Positions 7,051 to 17,417 of a DNA stretch of 26,233 nt are shown here, piece by piece. Source of the stretch: Macrostomum lignano (lineage: Eukaryota). Under the pieces are notes generated by a model that made no database searches, had not been told where the DNA came from, and was given only the letters and a program-made list of their open reading frames with translations. The stretch lies in NCBI GenBank assembly GCA_002269645.1, contig NIVC01005104.1, positions 1-26,233 on the forward strand. Direction: 5' to 3'. The translations under genes were made by a program, and so were the position numbers. The first letter of the stretch is position 1; each line of letters starts with the position of its first letter.

Positions 7051-10000
7051 AAATAGGTTGATTCGGCATCCGTGCCAGCAATTTGACAGCGCTGGATTCG
7101 CCAGTGAGATTGAGCTGAGAGATGACGAATCCCGGAGAAAGCCGAATATGGCATGGTAGCTGGGTCTGATCAGGGGTCAGAGACGTCAAAGAACACAGAG
7201 TGTCGACAGTTTCTTTAACGAAGTCATCTGTCATCGCCCTAGCGGCTGCCAGAGAAGAAGCTGGCTCGCATACAATGTCAACAAAGTGAAGTTCAAAGTT
7301 GCAGTGAACTTCAAACAACTTTGGTTTAAGCTTCTCTTTCACATTTTCTGTTAGTTTATTTAAAGCGACGCGGCCACGGCCGACAAGCCGCTTCATGACT
7401 TCCGTGCTGACTGGCATGATGCGCGTGACTGTTCTGAAGATGGCCTCGCTAGTCAAATTTCGATCGGAGAGCCACTCAGGAGACACCGGTGTAATATTTA
7501 GTAAATAAGTTTGCTCTGTCTCAAGCAATTTGGTGTACACAGCGAACGGGAAGTTGACGGCGTTGCTAAACACTGAGGATGGATGAATTTTCAATAGCTG
7601 GCCAGTGCTCACTTCAACAAAGCCAATTCGAGGATTGCCCGAGTAGGCGCACAGCTTATCTGAGAAAACTCGATAGATGCACTCCTGGACAGCGGAAGCA
7701 AAATTTCCATTATCCGAAAAAGTTTCAGACACTTGCATCTTGAGGTCGTACTTTATTGCACGCTGCAAGTCGGCGACCTTCTCATTAACTGAGCGCATCG
7801 ACTTGTTGTTAACGCAGTTTTTCACTGACCATTTCGTTCTCAAGTTATCCGGGCGAGATCGCCAATCTTTGAAAACTTGCATGCTAGTGAGAAGATCGCC
7901 GTCATCAGAGGCATAAAACTCTTTGGTCTTTGTAGCATCTTGACGCTCAGCATCTGTCTTGCCTCTAAAGAATACTTGTCCCGATAAGGTGATGAGCGAA
8001 GCCAGAACCATTCCTTCCATTGCCAGGTTATTTTCGCAGAGAAGCAAAATCATTTTAGCAAGGCGCGGCTCAGCCGGTATTTTCGCAATCTTTTTGCCCA
8101 ATTCTGTCAGCTGACCTTCGCTGAATGCGCCAATGAATTCCAGCGCGCTCATTGCACTGTTCAGGCCCTGGCGCGACGGCGGCGTCAAATAGTCAAACTC
8201 AAGCGGATTCAATCCAAGCTCCAGAATTCGGATGGCGACTCCAGATAAATCGATGCGCTGTATCTCTGGCACAGTTGACTCGCTCATTGCCTCGTACTCC
8301 GCCTGAGTGTAAAGTCGATAGCAGCAACCGTTTTGAGTTCTACCAGCCCGGCCTTTTCTTTGATCGGCGCTGTTGCGCGAGATCTCGCCTACAACGAGAG
8401 CGTCCATGTTCCTGACAGGGTCGAATGCGTTTTGCTTGGAGAGCCCGGAGTCAACGACAACAACAACGCCCGGAATTGTTAGAGAAGTTTCGGCGCAATT
8501 TGTCGCAAAAATTACTTTTCTGGAGTTTTTGTCTTTTACCTCCTCCATTGCCAGCTGTTGATCCTCTGGCTGCAGCTGCCCGTGCAGAGGATAAGAGGGT
8601 ATTTTGCTCTGCGTGCCAATTTTTCTCTGAAACAACGCACTAGCATTCTCTGTGTCTTTTGGGGTCGTCAGAAAAACCAGCATGTTTCCATGCGGAACAT
8701 TGCGATCCAAACACAGTTCTACCACTTTGTCAACTGCTGTTTCAAAGTATTTTTCACTCTTGTCCATCTTTTTGTCGCTATATTGAACGTCAACTCGATA
8801 CACTCGTCCAGGAATTTTGGCATGAGCTTTTGAGAAATCATCGAAAAAGCTCAGAAACAGGTGGGGATTGATGGTGGCAGAAGTTATGAGCACCTTTAGT
8901 TCCGGTCGCAGTTTCAGGGCCTGCTTCAACAGACCAATGATAAGATCGGTGTGCAGGTTCCGCTCATGCGCCTCGTCCACTACAATGCAGTTGTATTCAG
9001 AGAGTCTCGGGTCGCTAACACACAATTTCAACAGTTGAAAGTCCGTCATAAAGACAATTTTAGTTTCTTCTTTAACTGGCTTGCCGCCAACCATTGAAGC
9101 CACTAAGCTGCCGTTTTTGCAGTTCATCTGCTTGGCCACGTACTCGGAGAGGCTTCTGGCAGCAAGGCGTCTAGGCTGCGTGCAGGCGATCTTGCCCGGA
9201 AATAACCCGGAAGTCTGCAAATACTGCACGATCTGCGTGCTCTTGCCAGAGCCAGTCTCGGCCACGAACACGCTTACTTGGTTGTCGAGAACCAAGTTCA
9301 CAATCTCCTCCTTATATGGGTAGATAGGTAAGCCAAGCAGGGACTGCCTCTCGCTCTGTTGCAGACTTCCGACGATTTGGTGAATATTTTCCACAGTGCC
9401 TTCATCGCCAGAGTCCAAGTACTTCAGCTTTACCTTGCACTCGTGACAGTCGCGCTCAAACACCTTGGTGGCTCTAGTGATTTCTTCCACTTTGTCGCCA
9501 GCAAATTCATCGTTATCCAGGATTTGGCGGAGCTTAGTAGCAAGCTGTCGTGTTACACGCTTTTCAGCAGCATCGATTTTTTGTACAGCCTGCTTATTAG
9601 CATCAGCAATCAGACGGGCAAGAGTGGCTGCATCCACGCTCACATTGAGTGCCATTGTGATTGCAGCATCCATGCTGGGCCAATTGCATTTAGTTTTCAG
9701 AAAACATTTCAGTGAGCCTTCAATACATCTAGCCATGTCAATATTAGATGCATAGATGCGGCCAACAGTTGTACTCTGGCTATACTCAAAGAATTCGATG
9801 CTACTAGCAGTGCAGCCTTCAATCATGCTAACTTTAGTGCAAACTGCTTCGCGTGATTTGCACAGATGTTCGCTAGCATTGCTAGCTAGGCAGAGAGCAA
9901 TCACGTGAAATTTACCTCGTTGACACTTTTGATTTTCCATAAACATATCCAATGTGCCTTTGGCGCTTATATTATTAGACAAATTTCCAAAAAGCAGATC

Positions 10001-10059
10001 AGGACTTCGAGCTTTTTGTACAGGCCTTGGAACTGGCTGACTAGCATTTGAAGATGGAC
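7049..10059 (-). CDS. DEAH/RHA-family RNA helicase (DEAH11/12-like architecture), large internal exon truncated by the Polinton insertion
   Basis: Motifs ETGSGKST, TQPRRLAA, DEAH, SAT, TNCAETSLTIPGV and QRKGRAGR, an HA2 region LTELGKKIAKIPAEPRLAKMIL, and an OB-fold region. The ORF has no ATG start and begins just after a splice acceptor. Its stop codon is made by the junction with the element. Confidence 0.9.
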
Positions 10060-10105
10060 CTAAAATTATCAAAAGAAATGGTTTTGTCAGAAAGTTTTAG
10101 TAATA
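10060..10105 (-). other. 3' splice acceptor (phase 1) for the helicase exon
   Basis: Minus strand reads ...tactaaaac...tttcttttgataattttAG|GTCC: a branch-like motif, a pyrimidine tract and AG at 10061-10060. Composition switches sharply from coding-like to AT-rich here. Confidence 0.7.
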
Positions 10106-12379
10106 TAAAGTTAAAAACTTAAATTTAGTACTGAAATACTGATAATACATAAAACATGTGTACTAATAAATATACTTCTATTCACTTTCAACCAAAACTA
10201 AATGGCAAATGTATTATAAAAAATACAACAATGGTTTTAGTACATACAAAGTAATTTAGAAATTTTTAAGCCTATTATTATTAATAAAAAAAAAATTTCA
10301 ATTTTATCATATAAGAAACATGAATTATTAGATGAAATTCTGATAAAGTTAAAAAGCTTTATAAACTAAGACTTAAAAATAATATATATATTAAGGAATA
10401 GATCATAAATACAAGCGTAATACTAAAAATCTTTCTATAATCTGCATAAATCATGAATAGTGCTATTGAACCCAGATATGCAGTTTAAAAATAATGATGG
10501 ATACTATGATTAGACATTTAGTATAGGTGGATTTTAGCAAGAATTTGAGTTTTGAGTATCCTATTCCTAGTCCTAGATACAAAAAGGAATTATTAGTAGA
10601 CTGCTTGGATTAAATAAAATTATGTTCACTTACTTGGATTATCCCACTTCCACCCACTTTTACTTCTGATCATTTTATCAAATGTTAAGATCCAGCTGAG
10701 AGGTTATAATTAACCGCTAGCTCGGGCCAGTGGTCTGGACGCGGACAGCAAAATCCTTTAGTATGATTGTCTAGTCTGTGACTTGTATCATGTGGAATTA
10801 GTAAATAAGGACAAATAAAACTAACAGCAACTGACATGAAATAGCAGAACACCGTATAACGTTCAGTTACTTAAGTGTACGTCTGTCTGTCTGTACACTG
10901 TACTAAACAACAACTGAAGGGTAAATCTCAGATTGAAATGTACGTAAGTTATAAACAAATTTTTTCTTACATCAGGAATTTCATTGTTAAATTAGAAGCA
11001 ATTGTACATGAATTTAACTTTAGTTCATAAAAAACTGATTAAAAAATATTTTTTTAAACTTTTAGTCAAAGTTTATGTTTTTTTGTGGCGATAGCGACCA
11101 AAAACGTATTTTTCTGACTTGTATCTTAAGTACGTTTTTTTGTTTCATAATGTTTTTTTGTGCACGTGTAATATATTTGTCTATGGGAAAATGACTGAAA
11201 ATATTGGGGAAAACCTTCATCTGTGAGCTTGTGGATGTTTTACCGCTGTGTTTTCAATATTTATGAACTTATTTGGCCCTGTCTCGATTGCATGATATTT
11301 GTCTACTGTTAAAAAGTTCCTGTAAGGTGTAAGTTTTCTGATAAACAATGCCAACCATTATGATCTTCAGTGATTCATTCTTTCAGATACATTTTAAATA
11401 TTGTTATTCCATTTTATCTGCGACTGTCAATGCACTGTTACTTACTTATGCCTATTGATGTTACATTTAGACTTTTTTCATAAGCACAAAATTTCCTGTA
11501 AGGTGTAAGTTTACTCAGCTCATAAGCATGTAAATGTTCCCAAATCTTCTAATTATGTAGAAAAATACTAAACAAAGAGTAGTTTTTCATTGCATGTTCT
11601 TGTGATTTTACTAAAGAAGTATAGACTTTATTAAGTTCATTATATTGGGTTTTAACCATTTATAGCCAAGTAGCATACTTAAGTAAGCAGTTTTGTTTAT
11701 GTTTGTGTGAAAATCTGTGATGATTCACTTCTAATGATATTCACTTTTGATCTTATGAGTATATCTTGAGCTCTAACGCTCAGTAATCCACAGAAAAATT
11801 CTAATTTATTCCTGCCAATCTATTTAGTATGTTCCTCTAATATCACCATATTTGAATGCTGTTTTGGCTAGCATAAGCAAAGGACAATAGGTACGGCAGG
11901 AACCCTTAGAAATAGATCATATGCTTAGGTCAAAGTAAAAAGAATGCTGGTATTGTATATTTTAATTGTATTTAATGACCCCTTAGAAAGCCTTTTTAAT
12001 TAAGAAGCATATCTAATGCTAGATCCGAAGGAGCAGCGTAATTCATTGTACGAGTATGTTAAGTTCATTACAAGTAACACTAGCATAGTCTATCTACTTC
12101 TATTTGTATTTATTTCTATATGTAGCAGTATATGTTTACCTTGCAATCTGAATGCCATATATATTATTCTATTTAGTCATTTTCAATTAAACTCTGCTAT
12201 CTCGGTGTTTACATGCAAAAATAGAAAGTGAGAGTCTATATGCCTTTTTGTAAATTTTGGCAATTTTTAATGTTGACATTCTTAAAATTACTACACTTAT
12301 TTTCTTTAAATTGATACCAGATACCATGAAGATGATTACAACTCATTCTCATATGGTTTCTGAGATACACAAATTGACT

Positions 12380-12925
12380 TCAAAATTCAGCTACTGCAGC
12401 ACCTGCTCTTTGAGCTGAGCTGTAAATGTCATTCAACATACACAACCAATTTTGACAACTCGTTGCTTTCTCGTCGATAGCGTCGAGAAAGTTGTTGGGC
12501 AACGATGACTTGTTGCCAGCTTCCTGACTCTCATCGAGATGATGCAGCACCCATCGAACAGTGACGTACTGCAGCCACAGGTCCTCTATGCATTTGAGAG
12601 TTTGGTGGATGGTGGATGAAGGAACTTTACTGAGTTCCGCCATTTCTTTGCATGTCCATCGCAGATCGATTTCCAGCAGACCACGGATGAGTTTGATGCT
12701 GCTCTCGGTCCGCACTTTCCGGGGTCTCCCAGATCTTGGCTCATTCAGAGTCGATCGAAGTGCAGCCACTCTTGAAGCGATCATACCTCTTGTACACATC
12801 GCGCTGGCAAAGTTCATCCTTGCTGTACGCGTCTACAAGCTGTAGGTGACTTGTGCAGCTGGCATTCCTCGCAGCCATTCAGATTTAATTTACCACCGCT
12901 GCTCTTCCTGTGGTTCATCTCCCAT
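12380..12925 (-). pseudogene. Decayed mariner (Tc1/mariner) transposase, N-terminal HTH region
   Basis: MGDEPQEEQRW*IKSEWLRG..., then DAYSKDELCQRDVYKRYDRFKSG (alternate frame), then EPRSGRP...RWTCKEMAE...STIHQTL...RWVLHHL (WVPHEL-like). It has in-frame stops and frameshifts and no DDD domain. Confidence 0.8.
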
Positions 12926-13284
12926 AACCGCGACGTCGACCGAAGAGGGAAAGCAATGGTGATGACAATCGCGGTGGGGTTATAATAATACGAGCTAAGA
13001 AAGGAGAAAGGTGCAAATACGAGCTAGATAGCTCAAGTGCGCAGGAAACGACTGCTGCTGGTCGCAGGACAGCTGTGGTAACAGCTGCAGCCACTAGAGC
13101 GATGTCTGTGGTAGAAATGGATCGATTGCACGAACTTTTGAGACGCCCCTTGTAATTTTTTGTACCCAGCTGATACTTCAGGTTCTGGGTTTTCCCACGG
13201 GGATAGAGTAGTCAAGTGGTTACTTTACTTTATACTACTGATGGGAGGCACGTACAGGAGCCGCGAAAAGGGACAGGACAAAAC

Positions 13285-13300
13285 ATATATATATATATAT
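13285..13300. repeat. (AT)8 microsatellite
   Basis: Read directly from the sequence. Confidence 0.85.
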
Positions 13301-15590
13301 GTTTTAGTTCCCAGTTTTGCTTAAGTATTGCTTTGCCATTTCCATTTTTCCTATAGTTTTCAGTGCCATATCTGCTTTGCATAGTATTTTCCAATCTGCA
13401 AGTTTTTCCGTTTTTCTTTTTTTGCCAGCATCATTTTGGCTCGTTTTTTACTGTTTTACATTTTCCCAGTGCCAGTAGCTGTACGCTTTTCATTGATTTT
13501 TTATGGTCTGCACTTCCTAAGTCCAGTGCAGTTCAAGTATCTGTTTCGGTCTGTTTTTGCTTGCGTATTTAAAAGTAGAAATTAAATGGGGAATATACAA
13601 TAATTCTACAGACAATATATTTGATCGGTGATGGGAACCTTAATCAAAAGTTCAAAAGGAAAATTTATAAGAATTTTCAAGTTCTAGCTTTTTAGAAACA
13701 TACTAGAATGAGAGACTGAGAGAATACTTCGAGTTCTTTACTTCTTTGGCAAGAAATTAAAGGAAAGTATAGTTAATTTTGTGGTATGGTTTGGAATTTG
13801 ATAATTGAAAAAGATGATTCAGTTGAAGTAAAGAGGCAAACGTGTAATTTGAAAAAACTCAATGCCTTTACCTAATTAAAATATGTTCTGAATGAACACT
13901 CTAGATACATATATCGATGTCAAATATTACAATTTCAATTTGCAGGTTTCGATCACCATATTAAATTTCAGTAAAGATAAATAACCCAGTTGAAATCGTT
14001 TCTTTGTCATCAATAATAAATTCCGTCCGTTATCAGTCCGTCAACGGTATGTGTTTTCGATATATATTAAAAAATGGTTTAAGTACCGTGCATTCCGTTT
14101 ATATTATAAATCAGGCAGATTCATAGCACGTTAAATTTAGTAACTATAAACAGTTTCAATTATAACAAAATGTTAATCAAAAACAAAAAAGATTTTAATG
14201 AATACTACTAACCAGTAAAAAGATAACTCTAACAAAACAAAAATTACAATTTTGTGAGTTAAATAAACAAACTGTTTGTCTTCGGTATTAATCGTTGTCA
14301 AAATACTCTTCGAAAAAACAAACAGCATACTTTCGTGAAATTCAGGGTTACTTGTGGTTTTAAGTAGAAAAATTATTATATTATTCTTTTATCTTTAGAT
14401 GTAAAGCATTATTTTCCATGCCACTGAACTTTTATTTTTTGTCAATTTTTTTACTTCTGTGTTTGAGATTTACCCTGAACTGTTAGAAAGCGAAAACTAC
14501 TTAAAATAAAGTACTTTCTCTATCAACGTGAAATATCCAGACAGTTTTGCTTAATTTAAAAAAAATTGGCTTTGTTTTCTTAAAGTCTGTTGAAGCATTT
14601 TTGCGTTTTGTATTGTTGAAAACTTCTCCGAATATATTTGCACAATGAACTTTGTTTCAACGTTCTGATATTCTTACGGTATAGTATGAGTCCTATGTAA
14701 ATGGACCCATAAATTGCATGCTGGATTACGGGACTAACAACAACCGCGACCGCGACAAACTGCAGCAGCCATGTACAAGATAAGCTGCACTGCCGTAAAA
14801 AAGCGTGCACAAGCGCAGAGTTGCGCAAAACCTGGGACAAAATTAAATTACCTATTTTCGTACAAATTAGAAGCACGGACGATTGAATTCGTCATTGTTT
14901 TGAAATTACAATTGAACCGTAACATCTAGTTTTATTTTCTAACTTCTTGGAACCTTATTAAATTAACTTTTATTCACTTTTATTCCTAGCGGATTCTGTT
15001 GTAGAACCAAGCTAGGACAACTAATTAAAGCAACGTATGTACAGGACGCGATACTCACGTTTCGTGGTAAAAGTTTTGAAGGCCACTTTTCGCCGAAAAT
15101 TACACTACGGAGATAGAGAGTTTTCATCTTTTCAGCAAAAAAATTGTTATTGCTTTCGATTGAGGCAGACCCAGTGTTCATATTTTGATATTTTTCCTTT
15201 CTTATAGCTCTATTTGTTAATACATGGTATACCTTTGTCGATAGCTTACAATCAATATTTAGCTGTCTGCTGGCGCGATCTTTGTAGTTGTTCGAGTGGG
15301 TTCTCTAAAGCTTCGGTTGGTCACTCTGGAGCCCGACGGGCGTACGGGCTGCCTGGGGGCGAGTGTGGTTGGAGGGGCGTGCCGGGGTCTTTTTCCTACT
15401 GATCCATCTTTTCTGATTCGTGGCATTCACCACCACTGTCAAGTCTGTTGGTTCCGGGCGGTAATCAGCTCAAGGACCAGCTGTTAGAATGTTTGTTGTG
15501 ACTTGCTTGTGAAAGCGAAGCCGCCACATGCAGCTTCCTCTATGCGATTCACCGACTCTTTAGCAGCTGGCCCGTCCCTTTACTATCGGA

Positions 15591-15630
15591 GCGTGGTTTA
15601 GCGTGGTTTAGCGTTTTTTAGCGTGGTTTA
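15591..15630. repeat. Four copies of the 10-bp unit GCGTGGTTTA
   Basis: Copies start at 15591, 15601, 15611 (variant GCGTTTTTTA) and 15621. Confidence 0.9.
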
Positions 15631-17285
15631 GCTGCTTGTTCCCCATGCTCTCTTTTTTAGCGTTCGCTTTTCTCACTAGTAAAAGCCCCTTTCTCGTCGT
15701 CAATGAAGCTCTGGGGCCTGACGCTAGCAAGCAGTGTTGCAGCAATGCTTACCGGTAAATGATTAGTCAATTTTTTGCTCTTTTCCACGTGGTAAGCACT
15801 ATGAGAGCAGCCAGTGTGAGGTGTGACAACCTAATTGCTGGCAGTTCTAAACAACATTTGTGTAGGAATCATGACCAGGCTGCTGTACATAGTCATCTAA
15901 TCGTAGCAGCGCCTACTGAGAAAGTCATGGTAGCTAGGTCGCCCCGAGCTTTCGGCGGCGGGCTCAGCCGGAAGGCGATTAAAGCCGCTGCTGGTCTCTT
16001 TGCGCCCACTCGCACATCTGTGCGATGCTGCATGGGAAGGCTTTGAGGGCACATTTGAACGGGTTTTGACTGACTTAACATACGTGCGGAGACGGTGCAA
16101 TGCAATAATGCCTAGGGGTTTTCGGGGCTTTGCACAATTATCACATTTAAATTTAGTTTTTAGCCATTTTTGACCCTTTCCATTTAATTTTAATTCAATA
16201 TGAGATACGGAAAGGAATTACCTGAGGCCAACATTTTTTTCCAGGAATCTGTGGCGTCAGCGTTTTTTCATTATAGGGAGTCTTACAATCGAAATTAAAA
16301 TTTCCTGAAGGCCGGGTTGGAATTCTGTTATTACGAGCGTATTTGCGCACTTTTTAAGACTAATAAAGCTGCTAATTTTTCATTTGTTTTTGAACTTACG
16401 TCGTCACCCAAAAGTGTTTCCAGTCAGATTGAAATACAAAAAGTTTGATAAGGTTTTGAAGAAAATTTTCGAACCCAGGGTACCAGACCCAGAAAAAGTT
16501 GCCGGCCCAAACATTCCTAGCAATGCCTTTCAGATGCAGGATCTCACCTGAAGAGCCTCGAATAGGGAAACTATGTTCACCCTCAGTCATGCGCTGACGT
16601 GAAGGATCGAGCAGTCTTCGACAGGAGCCTCTGAGCACAGGATCGCTTTCACCTCTTGAAGCCGGTGGGGGCATGGCAGGAACCCTAGTTCACTCAAAGT
16701 AGCCAAAGATTGTCGCCCACTCAGAGCGCTCTCTGGCTTGACCCTCGGGTGGACGTTTAGACTGAATTGAAACTGAAAACTTGGCTGGAAATTTCCTACC
16801 GCCTCATTAAACGACTGCTTTTGTGTAAACTCTACCCGATGGAAATCTGTTTAAAAAATCTGCTTCTTCTGCAACAAACTGAGGGGAGGTGTGACTGAGT
16901 GATGGAACAGAACTTTAAAGAGCAAAATGTAGCGCTAATTCACCACAGAAGCATAGTAATATCTGCAAGGAGAACGAGCTTGAGGAATTGTCTCGTTGTC
17001 TCGGCCTTCGGTACGAGCAGGGAGACTCAGCACCCAGTCCCGCTGCTTGCGAACCAACTGCCGCACTAGCGCCCAAGCATAGGGCAGTAGTGCGACCAGG
17101 GTTGCAGCAAACGCACAGGCCCTGGTGACAATGCCCTAACTGAATCAAAAAGAACAGAGTCAGGATGACACTTACGGTTGCCGGCGGCACTTCGTCGCTC
17201 GTAGAGGGGCTCAAAATTACAAACCACAGTATATATTTTATATTTTATACTTTATATTTTATATTTTTATATATTTTACCACAGT

Positions 17286-17417
17286 AAAAAATCATAGAAG
17301 CGTCATGTAAATATCATAGAAGCGTCATGTAAAAAATCATAGAAGCGTCATGTAAAAATCATAGAAGCGTCATGTAAAAATCATAGAAGCGTCATACAAA
17401 AATCATAGAAGCGTCAT
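17286..17417. repeat. Minisatellite, six copies of ~22-23 bp (AAAAAATCATAGAAGCGTCATGT)
   Basis: Units start at 17286, 17309, 17331, 17354, 17376 and 17398. The last unit is cut at GCGTCAT by the LTR start. Confidence 0.95.

Noticed and set aside
163-9755. Plus-strand ORFs overlapping the Polinton and helicase genes (e.g. 163-633, 4119-4529, 6141-6632, 9359-9715)
   Set aside because: They are antisense shadows of real minus-strand genes with no recognisable motifs.
7049-10072. Helicase as a cargo gene captured by the Polinton
   Set aside because: The element's terminal motif lies at 7043-7050 and cuts the ORF, so the helicase is outside the element. It also has a splice acceptor and an AT-rich intron typical of a host gene.
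16100-16930. Possible MITE or Kolobok/piggyBac-type element
   Set aside because: I could not find convincing paired terminal inverted repeats or a target duplication by eye.
17286-17417. CRISPR-like array
   Set aside because: The units are head-to-tail with no unique spacers, the context is eukaryotic and there are no cas genes. It is an ordinary minisatellite.
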